From positions 291,577-355,576 of the forward strand of contig CAWEGC010000008.1 in assembly GCA_963808495.1 (NCBI GenBank): a stretch of DNA of 64,000 nt, written 5' to 3'. Origin of the DNA: an uncultured Actinomycetota bacterium. Its GTDB lineage: Bacteria > Actinomycetota > Actinomycetes > Propionibacteriales > Propionibacteriaceae. Made by a program: the position numbers and the translations under genes. Below the pieces are notes generated by a model. The model did not search any database. It was not told where the DNA came from and saw only the letters and a list, made by a program, of their open reading frames with translations. Each line of letters opens with the position of its first letter. Position 1 is the stretch's first letter. This document shows, in pieces, positions 37,551 to 48,890 of the stretch.

Positions 37551-38129
37551 TCAGATGTGCAGGGTGGGCCGGTAGACGAGCTCTTGGATGTGGCCGTCGA
37601 GCGTCCGGCTCTCGATCAACTCCAAGTCGAAGTCGGCCGCACCCTGGAAGATCGGATTCACTCCGGTCTGACCGGTGATGACCGGGAACAACGTCACTTG
37701 CACCCGGTCGACCAGGCCGGCGGCCATCAGCGCCCGGTTCAACGAGAGGCTGCCGTGCGAGCGCAACGGCACCTCGGACTCCTCTTTGAGCCGGGCGACG
37801 ACGTCGACGGCGTCACCGCTCACCACGGTCGCATTCGGCCAGTCGAGGGGGCCTGCCAGCGTCGTCGACACCACCGTTGCCGGCATGCTCCTCATCCGGC
37901 TGAACCATGGGTCGCCCACGTCGGACCCCTCGGTGCTCGGGCCCAGCAGCTGCACGAACTGCCGATAGGTGTTGGCGCCGAAGACCATCCGTTGCTCCGC
38001 GCTGAACAACCCAAGGCGGTGCTCGAGCAACTCGGGGCCTTGCTTACCCCAGTAACCGCCCCAGTCGCCCCTGTGGGAGCCGTAACCGTCGAGGCTGGAA
38101 AAGATGTCGAAGGTGTAGGTAGCGGTCAT
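37551..38129 (-). CDS. Dihydrofolate-reductase-like (RibD_C) protein
   Basis: SSLDGY, FGANTY, HGSLSL, GLVDRV, FPVITG. Confidence 0.85.
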   Translation of the reverse strand: MTATYTFDIFSSLDGYGSHRGDWGGYWGKQGPELLEHRLGLFSAEQRMVFGANTYRQFVQLLGPSTEGSDVGDPWFSRMRSMPATVVSTTLAGPLDWPNATVVSGDAVDVVARLKEESEVPLRSHGSLSLNRALMAAGLVDRVQVTLFPVITGQTGVNPIFQGAADFDLELIESRTLDGHIQELVYRPTLHI

Positions 38130-38400
38130 GACGCTCTCCTCGAGTGCGATTCATCGGGTCTGGGGCGACAGACCGGGAACTACGGCGAAACTCATCGCCG
38201 TTGGACGCTTGAAGTCCGGGCTCCTGGGATGCGGCCCAGGGCTTGACCTAGCCAAATCGCAAAGCGAAGGTCAGGTGGCCACCGACACGACGGCGGAAAA
38301 GGCGTGGCAGGGCGGTCCACAGGTCTTGACTATTCCTCCTGAAAGGCCGAAACGTGTGCCGAGTGTGGAACCTGAGCATCGCTTCCAGTGTTAAGGCATT

Positions 38401-38958
38401 ATGTGGCGAGCTGCATTGGCGACCGGCCTGCTGACCTCGGCAGCTGCGCTCACCACCTCGGCATGCAGTGCGGGCGGGCTAGACAGTGGCGGGGCGCTAT
38501 CTCAAGCCAGCGTCGATCCGGCCGCTGATCGTGCCATGGGCGGGCAGGTCGTCCGGACTTGCGGGAGCCACTACGCGACGGACTTCGAGCCTGGCCTGGA
38601 GTCCCGGATTGTCAACTCGGGCGCCGTGGCGTTGCTGGGCTTCCGCGTTTCTCCGGTGCCCTCTGAGGGTGCTCCAGTCCGGACATTCAAGGTCATGGTG
38701 CGGGTCAATGCGGGCACCGATGCAGAAATCGAAACCGCGACAGCGGGCACCTCATTGCTCTATGACCGTGCCCGCTTCAACACGGGCAACACCTATCAGT
38801 TGAGCGACGGTGATCGCCGCGTCCGATTCATCGGGTGCCCGGACAACTCCGCGGTCTTCAACGGCGCCGTACTCACCTCGGGGCCTCGGAAGGTTGAGCT
38901 CCGAATCACGATCGACGGGCGAACGGCGCCAATCCTGGTCACCGCCTACGGTGGTTAA
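38401..38958 (+). CDS. Hypothetical lipoprotein
   Basis: Signal-like N-terminus ending TSAC, then a beta-rich domain. Confidence 0.5.
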   Translation: MWRAALATGLLTSAAALTTSACSAGGLDSGGALSQASVDPAADRAMGGQVVRTCGSHYATDFEPGLESRIVNSGAVALLGFRVSPVPSEGAPVRTFKVMVRVNAGTDAEIETATAGTSLLYDRARFNTGNTYQLSDGDRRVRFIGCPDNSAVFNGAVLTSGPRKVELRITIDGRTAPILVTAYGG

Positions 38959-38991
38959 GCCCTGATGAGGACAAGGTTCTGGTCCTGGCAG

Positions 38992-39984
38992 CTATGTGCG
39001 CCATCTGCGCGTCGCCTGATCGAGCTCAGTGATCTCCGCGGAGGTAAGCCTGAACGAGAGCGCGCCCGCATTGTGGGTCGCCTGCTCCGAATTCTTCGCT
39101 CCCGGAATCGGAACGACACCCTCTTGCTCAAGGAGCCACCGCAGCGCAATCTGTCCCGGTGATTTCCCGTACCCCTCACCGATCTCCCGCAGCAGCCCTA
39201 CGACGGGGCGGAGAGCATCCAGGCCTGCCCTGCGAAAAGTCGGCTGGAATCGGCGAAGGCCCGACGGTCGCGCGCCATTGCCATATTTCCCAGTGAGGGC
39301 GCCGCTCGCCAGGGGTTGGTAGGCGATGAGGGTGACGTTGAACTCTTGGCAGGCGTCCAGAACGCCGTCGACTTCGGGCCGTCGATGCAACAGGGAATAC
39401 TGCACTTGATTGGAGGCCAGCGAATGGCCGCGCCGTGACAACGCTTCGATCGCGGTTCGCATCTGTGCGCCGGTGTAGTTGCTGACGCCCACCGCACGAA
39501 TCTTGCCTGCTTCTACTGCGTCCGCCATCAACCCCATGAGCGTTGGGATGTCTACTCGACGCGACGGGAAGTGGTGCTGGTAAAGATCAACAGATGGTCT
39601 CCGTAGGCGGCTGAGGCTGGCATCAAGGGCTGCCGGCATGTCCTCAGCGCGTGATACCGGGCTGGGCGGGAACTTCGTGGCGATAACGACGTCCTTGGAC
39701 TCCGCCAGCTCCCCCAGCCGACGCTCGGACGCCCCACCGCTGTACATCGCCGCCGTGTCGAAAAAGTTGACGTCAGCAGCCATGCTCGCCACGAATGCTG
39801 CCTGCTCCTCAGCTGAGATGGCCCCACCGTAGGCCGCCTTGGCCGGCATCAATCGATGAAACCTGCTCGCCTCGCCCCACGTCATGACACCCAGCCCAAG
39901 TGCCGGCACGAAAACGTCACTGCGGCCCAATCTCGTCCTGCCAGCCACATTGACCTCCGAGAACAGCGCGTCCACTACCCACAT
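38992..39984 (-). CDS. Aldo/keto reductase
   Basis: LGLGVMTWG, FDTAAMY, ATKF, AVGVSNY, PIPGAK. Confidence 0.9.
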   Translation of the reverse strand: MWVVDALFSEVNVAGRTRLGRSDVFVPALGLGVMTWGEASRFHRLMPAKAAYGGAISAEEQAAFVASMAADVNFFDTAAMYSGGASERRLGELAESKDVVIATKFPPSPVSRAEDMPAALDASLSRLRRPSVDLYQHHFPSRRVDIPTLMGLMADAVEAGKIRAVGVSNYTGAQMRTAIEALSRRGHSLASNQVQYSLLHRRPEVDGVLDACQEFNVTLIAYQPLASGALTGKYGNGARPSGLRRFQPTFRRAGLDALRPVVGLLREIGEGYGKSPGQIALRWLLEQEGVVPIPGAKNSEQATHNAGALSFRLTSAEITELDQATRRWRT

Positions 39985-40191
39985 TCACGCTAACCGCTGT
40001 GCAACGAAATCAGATGGAATTCCATGATCGATTGGAAGATGGAGCCAGCCGCTTGACCACCGTGCAGGCGCGTACGGTGGTCAAACCTTTGGACTCGTCG
40101 GACCGCCGAGGGCTCGACGTCAAACGCTTCAGCGCCGAGTCGGAAGCGGCATTATTTATCAGCTGTCGCTTGCTGAGGTTAGAGTTAAGCG

Positions 40192-43100
40192 GTGAGCGCC
40201 TGGGAACCCGGGCTGTCGGCGCTCTCGGAGGGCCCGGCCTCGATGGCCTACGTGCCACGGCTGTTGCCGCCGTGGGCAGCCGCCGACCCGGAGCCCGCTC
40301 ACCGAGTCGTCGACGGCAGCCTTGTCTTTTTCGACATCACGGGTTTCACTCCGCTCACTGAACGGCTTGCTCGCAAAGGCCGCGAAGGTGCGGAGGAGCT
40401 GAGCAACCTCCTGGACACCGTCTTCGGGCGGCTTCTGATGGGCGCCGAGGACGAGGGCGGTGACCTGCTGAAGTGGGGCGGTGACGCCCTTCTGCTTCTC
40501 TTCGACGGTCCCGACCATGCCCGCCGAGCTGGGCGCGCGGCGCTCGGCTTGCAGCGCGATCTGGCCCAGATGGGACGCGCCAAGACTTCCATCGGCCGAG
40601 TCGTGCTGCACGCTTCTGCTGCTGTCGAATCTGGTCCGATCGATCTCATCCTCGGCGGTAATCCGGCCGTCCACCGCGAGTTGGTTGTCCTCGGGCCGAC
40701 GGCAACGCGGGTGACGATGCTTGAGCACGCCGCCGGTAAGGGTGAGGTGCTTGTCGGTGACGCGACAGCTGAGGCGGTAGGTGCGAGCGCCATACGACCT
40801 CGCGTCGGCTGGGGTCACCTCTTGGTGGGCGCACCGGCGACTCCCAGAAGTGCGCGACAGCCGGAGCCCCAGCCAGAGCTCGACGTGTTGGAGCAGTTGC
40901 TACCGCCGCAACTCCGCGACTACCTCTCCCAGTCGTCCCGAGAGCCGGAGCACCGCACGATTGCCGTGGCCTTTGTGTGCTTCGACCATACCGACGCCAT
41001 CCTGGCTGAAGAAGGGCCACAAGCACTCACGACCGCCATCCATGAAGCGCTGCAGGTTGTGCAGAACGCTGCCGCCGCCCATGACGTCTGCTTCCTGGGC
41101 ACCGATGTCGACGTCGACGGCGGAAAGATCATCCTTCTCAGCGGCGCACCCCGCAGCGCTGGTGACGACACTGACCGGCTGCTTACCGCAGTGCGGGAGG
41201 CCGTGAGACGAGCCGGCCGATTGCCATTACGCGCCGGTGTTGCGCACGGTCGGGTGTTCACCGGCGACACGGGGTCGCCGACCCGAAGGACCTACTCGGT
41301 CAAAGGCGATGCGGTGAATCTTGCCGCCCGGCTTGCCGGACATGCGGATCTGGGGTCAATCCTCATGGCCGCCGACGTGCTGGACCACACCAGGCGCTAC
41401 TACGCGGTCAGCGAAGCACCGGCGGCCACCCTGAAGGGCAAGAGTCAACCAGTGCCAGTCGTCACCCTCGGTGATCCACTCGAGCCGCGGAGGCAACAGA
41501 ACCCAGACGACATGCTCGTCGGCCGTGAAACTGAATTGGCGACACTGACCGCCTCCATGGAGCGACTGGTGAATGGCTCCGGCGCGGTGCTCGAGGTGGT
41601 CGGTGAGCCAGGAATAGGCAAGACCCGGCTTGTCGACGGGCTCGTGGCGCGCGCTAACGAGATCACGGTGCTTCGCTGTGATTGCGAGCGGACGGGAGCC
41701 GGGACCCCGTTCACCCCGGTGCGGCGCCTGCTCCATCGCGTGCTCGGCACCACCAGCGCCACCGACCCGGACACCGTCGCCCGGTGCCTCGAGGAGTGCG
41801 TGGCCAAGTCTGCTCCCGACCTGCTTCCGTGGGTCTCCTTACTCGGTGTCGTACTCGACGTCACCTTGCCAGCCAGTCCGGAGGTCGCGGAACTCGAGGA
41901 GATCCACCGCGCCGAACGGGTGCCCGAACTCTTCTCCGACTTGCTCGAGCGAATGGTGCCAAGCCCGGCGATTTTCGTCATCGAGGACGCACACCTGGCC
42001 GATCCGGCCAGCGCGGACGTGTTGGCCGCCATGACGCGGCGGGCGTCACAGCAAGCCTGGCTTCTCTTGGTGACCCGCGATGAGCGCCCAACCGAGTGGA
42101 TGCCGGAGCCGCTCGAGCGAATCGAATTGGGACCGCTCGCGATGGCCGCATCGGTCGAGTTGGCCGAGATGGCGACGCCGGAGCGGCCACTGCCGCCGGC
42201 GATCGCCGAGGCGCTCGCGATCCGCTCAGGGGGACATCCTCTGCTGTTGCTCGAACTTGCCCGCGCCATCGGCCGGGGCGAGGACCCGGACGATCTCCCG
42301 TCGAGCGTCGAGGAGCTGGCGGCCGCCCAAATCGATCGGCTCGCGCAGGCGGAGCGCTCTCTTCTGCGGCGTGCCGCAGTCCTCGGCGACGAGTTCGACG
42401 GCGAACTGCTTCTGCGGATGGTCGAGGATGTGGCGCCCGGGCAGTCTGTGCCCCAGCTGCTGGCCGGGCTCGAACGGGCTTGTCGTTGCGGCGGGTCACC
42501 AACTGCGCTTTCGTCACCCGCTTCTTCGGGAAGTCGCGTACGCAGGGCTTCCGTACCGGCGACGACGTGAGTTGCACGCGCATGCTGCTGAAGTGCTGGA
42601 GGCCAACACCTCCGTGGCGGAGCGTCGTCCAGAGATCCTCGCCCTGCATTACTTCGTGGCCGGCCGTTACGACAAGGCGATGGACTACGGCTGGCGGGCG
42701 GGCGAACGCGCCATGGCGCGCTATGCACCCGCCGCTGCGGCCGATGCCTACGGAAGGGCAGCCGAAGCTGCCCGTCACTCATCGGTCGTAAGTCCGAGCG
42801 AGCGGTCGTTCTACCTCGAGGCACTCGGAGATGCCCAGTTCCTGGCGGGCAGGTCCAATGAGGCTGCCACCGCCTACCTCGAAGCGCTCCGAGGCGTGCG
42901 CGGCCAGGCGCTGCGGGAGGCTCATCTGGCGCTCAAGCAAGCCCGAGTTGAGCAACGCCGCGGTCGTTACACCAACGCACTGCGTCGGGCGAGTCTGGGC
43001 TGCGTGCCTGTGCGCAGCGCGACGGGACCGGAGGCCGGCGCCGCCCGTGCCCGTTGCAAGCCCGCTACGCGGTCTGCCGGCTCAGCCAGGGTCGCTACGC

Positions 43101-44023
43101 CGATGCCCGCCGATGGGCGGAGCGAGCCCTCGCCGAAGCAGAGGCGGCCAATGAGCTGACGCGAAGGCACAGGCGCACCTCGTCCTGGACGTCGTAGAGC
43201 TGTGGTCGGGCGGATCCAGGGCGAGCAGCATGGGGAGACGGCGCTGCGCATCTTCGAGCAGCTCGGGGACCTCGGCGGGCAGGCCCATGCGTTGAACAAC
43301 TTGGCCTTGTCGGCGCATTTCGAAGGCCGTTGGCCCGATGCGCTGCCTATGTTCGCCCGGGCGGCCGAGTCAGTTCCGCCGGGTAGGCGACGCCACCAAC
43401 GCCGCTAACGCGGACTACAACCGGGCCGACGTCCTGGTACGGCAGGGCCGATCGGACGAGGCCTTGCCGTTGCTGCAGAACACGCTCCGAGTCGCCCGCG
43501 CTGTCGGCGACGAGGAACTTGTGGCCCTGGTCGTGAAGGAGCAGGGTCGGGCCCAGAAGCCGGGCCGGCGACGTGCAGACAGGCTTGAAGTTGCTCGAGA
43601 GGCGCGCGCTCAGCTGACCAGACTCCGAGAACCACAAGAGGTGGTGGATGCGGACATCGCCGTCCGCGGAGGCGCACCTGCTGGCCGGCCAGCCTGAGCA
43701 GGCACTGGCCATGGTCATCGGGAGCGCTACCGAGGCTGCCTCCATCAAGGCCGCGGCATTGTTGCCCTCGGCGTACCGCGTGCAGGCCGCGGCACTGTTT
43801 GCCAAGGGTGACGTCGCGCAGAGCTCGGACGGCTCTGGCCGAGGGCTTGCGGCAGAGCTCCTCACCCGACGTCGCGCACGAGCGGGGCTTCCTGCTTGCT
43901 CTGGCTGCCCGGATCGCACGCCAGGACCATGATCCCGACGCGGACCGGCTGCGAGAACGAGGCCACCACGCCCTCAGTCGCTGGGCGTCGTACGGGTGCC
44001 ACTACGTCGAGTTCGCCGGCTGA
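40192..44023 (+). CDS. Tandem class III adenylate/guanylate cyclase + STAND NTPase + TPR protein (many frameshifts after 42475)
   Basis: FFDITGFT...KWGGDAL (cyclase 1), GDAVNLAARL (cyclase 2), LVGRETEL, GEPGIGKT, FVIEDAH, SGGHPL, FRHPLLREVAY, then TPR-like helices. Confidence 0.82.
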
Positions 44024-44026
44024 GCT

Positions 44027-44972
44027 ACGGATGGCTCGGCCGAGCGTCGAAGTCGAAGAGCACGATCCAGAGTAGAGGTCGCCTTGCTGACCGCTTGCTC
44101 TGGACGTAGTCGACGCAAACCTCCGGGTCCGGCCGAGTATGCCTTTGCGACGGGCACGGCGGCGCCGTCTGTCCAGGTCACCGTTGTTGTCGAGGGTGTA
44201 GATCACTGGAAGCTCGGCACGCCGTTGCAGTCTCACCGACAAAGGTCCTTGTCGCAGGCGACGACAGGGTGGCGGTGGAGGTTGCTGTAGAGCGGGTTCC
44301 CCGGCGGGTCCTTGATGATCTCGCGATGGCGGTGACGACCAGCGCCTGCGGTGCCGCGACGATCGGGCAGAGCCAGGCCATCGCAGGAGCCGACCGACAG
44401 GGTGACGTGGCCGCTGGCACCGTTTGGAGGAGCAACTGGCCACAGGTGGGCACCTCCGCAGTTGGGCGCTCCGCACAGTTCGGATCCGTGAGATTCAACG
44501 GCGTCGCCGCGAGCTGCACTCTCTACCGACCGCCGTGAGAGCGAGTCGCACTGTTATCTTGTCGGGCTCGAGCTGCGACTCCAGATGCCACTCGAACACG
44601 CAGCGTGACGCCATTCCCGAATCGCTGTACGTCGCGCCCGAGAATGGTCGCCCCGGAGCCGTTACGTGGAATGTCTGCGCGTTGTCGTGCCCCCCAGCCC
44701 GCCGGGGCCAGAGCTTCTCCAGAACAATCGTCGTGGCCTTGGTCACAGTCGTGGGCTGCCCCGGCCCTGTCGAGCGACCCGAACGGGGACGGTGAACGGC
44801 CGGTTCTGCGACCGGTCCGCCCAGGCCGGAGCAAGTATCGGTAACCGAGACGATGTCCAGGGAGCCCTTGGCCGGTGCGGCACTTGCGGGAACCGAGATT
44901 CCGGCGATCCAGGACTCCAGCCAGCAGGGCGGCGATCATCACCGCAAGGAAACGTCGAACCGGCGGCATCAT
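44027..44972 (-). CDS. Secreted Cys-rich protein, heavily fragmented by indels
   Basis: Signal peptide MMPPVRRFLAVMIAALLAGVL...; fragments across frames such as GSLDIVSVTDT, LTDPNC...PTCGQLL, VACDKDLC, VCVDYVQSKR. Confidence 0.45.
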
Positions 44973-45339
44973 GGGCAACGCCTTTCCTGGGAGATCTTTA
45001 TGCTACGACGGCGAAGCACCGGGCAAGAAAAATTCACCTAAATGCCTGGTGAAAGGTTGGTCGTTAAAACCACCATTCGGCCGGTGTGCTGTCGGCTTGG
45101 CCTCGGGTCAATCGTGGACGCGGGGAAAGGTCGACGGCCGTTGCGCAGGCTCGCGGCGATCGCCGTCATCGACATCGTGGTCATCGTCCGACGGAAACGA
45201 CGAGGTGAGCCCGGCTGAAGCAACGTCTCACCTGCTTCGGCGGCACCGAAGCGTGATGCTGAATGCGGCCCCGCTCGGTGAGCCGGAAGACGTGCGGCCT
45301 CGACCGAGCGCATCACGCAACTCGAGCCTGCCAAACGCG

Positions 45340-47409
45340 TCAGGACGGTATGCCGACCAGCAGCGCCATCCCCTGATAGGGGCGGAGGCGGACGGTGAAG
45401 CTGGACGTCTTGTCAACCTCGGTCAGAACGTGATTGGTGAACATGTCGATGAGTTTTCCGCCGGGTGGGAGATGTTCTGAGCTGACGGTGCCGCGTACCG
45501 GGTCGCCGGAAAAGTTCAAGACCGTGACCTGCATGACTCCGCTATCCAACCGATGCACCATGACAAGCATCGCCTTGTCGGACACAGGTGGCACATCGAC
45601 CTGGGTACTGGTCGCGATGCCATATCGCGCTCGCACCGCCAAGATGTCGCGCAGCCGCGAAACGAACGAATTCACGTCGTTGAGCTGCTCCGGCAAGGAT
45701 CCGTACAGGCTGACAGCACGTGGCAGCTTCGACTCCGACTCGACTGCATCACGCTGGAAATCCATCAGGTCGTAGGCCCCCCGATTGATCCAGCGGGTGT
45801 CACCAGTGGCCAGCAGCCGTGGCACCTGGGATGGCTCGAGGGTGAGCAGCCCGCCCAGGTCCCATCCGGAAAAAGCGAATACACCTGGTTGAAATGCGTT
45901 GAACATGGCCAATAAAAGGTGCGCCTGCTTGACCTTTTCGATCAGCTGCCGGTCCAGCTTCGAAAGGTCCGTGACGCCGAGTGCCGCAGTGATGACAGTC
46001 GCGGTGGTGGAAGCAATGCCGTTGGTGGTGAAGATGGCGTTGTACGGGCCCGCATCACCGGTGAGCCGCTCAATAAGCTCGCCGCGGATTGTGATGGCGA
46101 GCTCGGCTCCCGTCAAGTTAGCACCGCGGAAAGTGAATAGATCGTTTGCGTGCGCGGCGGCAAAATGCACAAGTTCGTACGTCAGCTCATCGTGATTCTG
46201 GAGCCCATGCACCAACGAAATGGGTTGCAAGCCACTCTCTAATGCGATGTTGAGGGTCAACCGTAAGAACTCGGTGTCGGCGACGGCCAAGGCATGGTGG
46301 TAAGCCGGTCGATTGACGAAGTCGTAGGACAGATCGGCCCCGCGCTGAGCGGTGTTCCTGATGTCATCGATGGCCAGATTGAGTTCCTGAAATGTGAAAC
46401 CGCCGACCTTCCGTACCATGCTGGCGATCATTTGGTTGACCGCCTCCGACAGTGGGTGTCCCTCCGACCAGGCGGGACCATCTCCGTCTGCACTCTTCTC
46501 CAGTCCGAGGAAGCCGTTGGCGTCCAGCCTCAGGGCGCCCGCGCCGAGCGCATGCAGCGAGTGCAACGCGTCGCCCATCACCAGCCGCATGCCGGCGCTG
46601 GTGGGATCCAACCAGTTGATGGATGGCTGCCCCTGCTTGAAGTAGTGCAGGTACACCCAGCGCCGCTCGATCCCGTCCACACCGGTGACCGGTGCCGTCG
46701 CGCTCCAATTCGTGTCCTTGACGCCGGGCTCCCTGAACAGCACCCGCTGCATTCGTCCGATGATGTACCCGGCCTTTTCCAACAGCTCCTCTGCATCCGC
46801 ATCGAGGTTCACGGAGTCAAGGCCGCTAGGGACCATAGGCAAAAGGGACCAGTCCTCCGGCAGTATCTCCACCATGTGGTAGATACCGGGATAATCGCCG
46901 ACTTTCCTTTCCGCCAGACGAAAATCGGGACCTTTGCCGGTGTGTCCCGGCACGATGTCGTCGATGATGATCCCGCTGTGGGCAGCTGCCACCTGGCACG
47001 TGGTGCGAAACTCCTCCTCTGTGCCGAATGCGGGGTCAATTTGAGTGCTGATCCGATCAAACTGACCGTCGACACTCGGAGTTCTCTCCCATCCGGAAAT
47101 GCCACCCGCCAATTTGACCGGACCGGTGTGGATGGCATTGATTCCGATAGTTTCGAAGAGGCGCCACAGCCCCTCGTCTCCAACGGTGCGGAGAAAGGAC
47201 TGGCCCGGCTTGGTGATCATCGAGATCGGATATGCGGTGAACCACACCGAGGCCTTCTCGATCGCCGCGCGAGGATTGGGATTCGCGTACGGGTTTTGCC
47301 ACATGCCGGGCGATCCTGAGAACTGAGCGGCAACCGCGCCAGCGCCGGCGAGCATCGACTGCTCCTGCAACCAGCTGACGTAGTCCTCCTGCGTCGAGCT
47401 CTCGCTCAC
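45340..47409 (-). CDS. treS: Trehalose synthase / maltose alpha-D-glucosyltransferase (Pseudomonas-type TreS, GH13)
   Basis: [62 protein letters not shown]. Confidence 0.9.
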   Translation of the reverse strand: MSESSTQEDYVSWLQEQSMLAGAGAVAAQFSGSPGMWQNPYANPNPRAAIEKASVWFTAYPISMITKPGQSFLRTVGDEGLWRLFETIGINAIHTGPVKLAGGISGWERTPSVDGQFDRISTQIDPAFGTEEEFRTTCQVAAAHSGIIIDDIVPGHTGKGPDFRLAERKVGDYPGIYHMVEILPEDWSLLPMVPSGLDSVNLDADAEELLEKAGYIIGRMQRVLFREPGVKDTNWSATAPVTGVDGIERRWVYLHYFKQGQPSINWLDPTSAGMRLVMGDALHSLHALGAGALRLDANGFLGLEKSADGDGPAWSEGHPLSEAVNQMIASMVRKVGGFTFQELNLAIDDIRNTAQRGADLSYDFVNRPAYHHALAVADTEFLRLTLNIALESGLQPISLVHGLQNHDELTYELVHFAAAHANDLFTFRGANLTGAELAITIRGELIERLTGDAGPYNAIFTTNGIASTTATVITAALGVTDLSKLDRQLIEKVKQAHLLLAMFNAFQPGVFAFSGWDLGGLLTLEPSQVPRLLATGDTRWINRGAYDLMDFQRDAVESESKLPRAVSLYGSLPEQLNDVNSFVSRLRDILAVRARYGIATSTQVDVPPVSDKAMLVMVHRLDSGVMQVTVLNFSGDPVRGTVSSEHLPPGGKLIDMFTNHVLTEVDKTSSFTVRLRPYQGMALLVGIPS

Positions 47410-47557
47410 TGCTCCCCCGCTCCATCAATCCGTGCAAAGTCCACGACCTTGCCAGTCAAAACACCCACAAGAGCCGCCCATCATGCGTGATCCGCGGCGA
47501 CAGCGTTCCGCCTGACTGTCGACCGTCCGCACTCAGGCCGGGTATCCCCACAGCTCG

Positions 47558-48061
47558 TTATGTCTCCAGGGACACAAGTCTGCCCTCCGTGAGGAAATGG
47601 TGGACGGCATAGACGGTGAGCTCCGGGTCCGGAAGACGCAGCGCGCTGACAGTTGGCAGTACTTCTTCACGTAGGAAGAAATCAAACAGCTTGAGGTTGC
47701 GCCAGACTTCAGTGGCACGGACTCCATCCGGTGTGCTCGCCGCCCAGTGGAACAGACACCCTGGGAGCGCTGATCCCTCACGAGACATGTCCGACATCAG
47801 GTCGTCGTACTGGCTCAGGCCGACACCGATGAAGTCCATGACGACCGCGACAGGAGCATGGAGTCCCCAGATGGACCGCAAAGGGTCCGATGAGACCTCA
47901 TCCTGGGCTGCCGAATCTCGCTCGTCAATTCTGGCGGGGACAGGACTCGACGACCCTGTGCTCACTCCCCTCAATCTGATGAGCTTGCGTTCCGCGGGGT
48001 CGCCGATCACTGCCCGCCGGGGTCCCACCTTCCGGCGGGCAGTGATACTCGGCTCGGTCAT
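47558..48061 (-). CDS. Hypothetical protein with C-terminal dimeric alpha+beta-barrel-like domain (start uncertain)
   Basis: VVMDF.GVGLSQYD...PGCLFHWAA...GVRATEVW pattern. Confidence 0.5.
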   Translation of the reverse strand: MTEPSITARRKVGPRRAVIGDPAERKLIRLRGVSTGSSSPVPARIDERDSAAQDEVSSDPLRSIWGLHAPVAVVMDFIGVGLSQYDDLMSDMSREGSALPGCLFHWAASTPDGVRATEVWRNLKLFDFFLREEVLPTVSALRLPDPELTVYAVHHFLTEGRLVSLET

Positions 48062-48197
48062 CTCAGGCCTCCAGCGTCGTTCGGGTTGTGCTCAGCCGGG
48101 GGAGCGGCGCTACCTGAGATCTGCCGTCCCAGTACTGAAGACGCCAACCACGCAGGCACATGACGTGCCGCGGAGCTGGAAATGCGCGGCAAGCGAC

Positions 48198-48489
48198 TCA
48201 GGGCTTCGCCGGGTAGCCGCGGCGGGTCATCTCGTACGTCGCCAACACCTCGATCAGAAAGTCCGACGCGACGGCAGTCACGTCATCGAGCTGCTCGCGC
48301 CGGCTGTGTTCTAAGCACTTCGCGCAGGACATCGTGGTGGACCTGAGCAAGATCGAGGATGCTCAGCCCGTCCGTTACCGCCGATCGGCCGATCTGGTAG
48401 CCCGCATCGAGAGCCTTCTCGTCGCGGCCCGGCAGATACCCAAGAAAAGCTGCGCGATAGTTGCGGTGAAGCCGCTCAAGGGCGTTCAC
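48198..48489 (-). CDS. Stand-alone RsbU N-terminal-domain protein (frameshift near 48300)
   Basis: YRAAFLGYL...ALDAGYQIGRSAVTDGLSILDLAQVHH, continuing in the shifted frame as ...ASDFLIEVLATYEMTRRGYPAKP*; GTGA overlap with rsbS; no PP2C domain follows. Confidence 0.75.
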
Positions 48490-48890
48490 GAGCCCGGATC
48501 GCGGTGCACGCCGCCGCGCGCCGGCATGCGGACAGCGCTGAGATACTCCAGGCCCTCCTCCAGGTCCAGAGCCGAGTGGACCGAGCCAGTACCCAATCCG
48601 AGTTCGACCATCGAAAAGGCAACATCCGGCTGGATGCCCACAATCACGGTTTCTGCTCCGCGCAGCCGTGCCATCTCCGCGATGGAGCGAAGCGTCAAGG
48701 ATCCGAATGAATCAAGAACATCCAGTGCGGCAACGTCGATGATCACGCCCCGGGACCGATGCTGGCCGATCTGCTCGATGAGATTCCGCTGGAAGCGGAC
48801 CATTTCCGAGTCATCCAACGCAGTGTGGATGGATGCGATCAGGTTGTCGCCCTGTCGCAAGATCGAGACCAGTGCCGGCCCTGAATCCAC
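48486..48890 (-). CDS. rsbS: Stressosome STAS protein RsbS
   Basis: LIASIHTALDD, GVIIDVAALDVLDSF (conserved phospho-Ser), GIQPDVAFSMVELG, ALDLEEGL. Confidence 0.88.
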   Translation of the reverse strand: MDSGPALVSILRQGDNLIASIHTALDDSEMVRFQRNLIEQIGQHRSRGVIIDVAALDVLDSFGSLTLRSIAEMARLRGAETVIVGIQPDVAFSMVELGLGTGSVHSALDLEEGLEYLSAVRMPARGGVHRDPGS

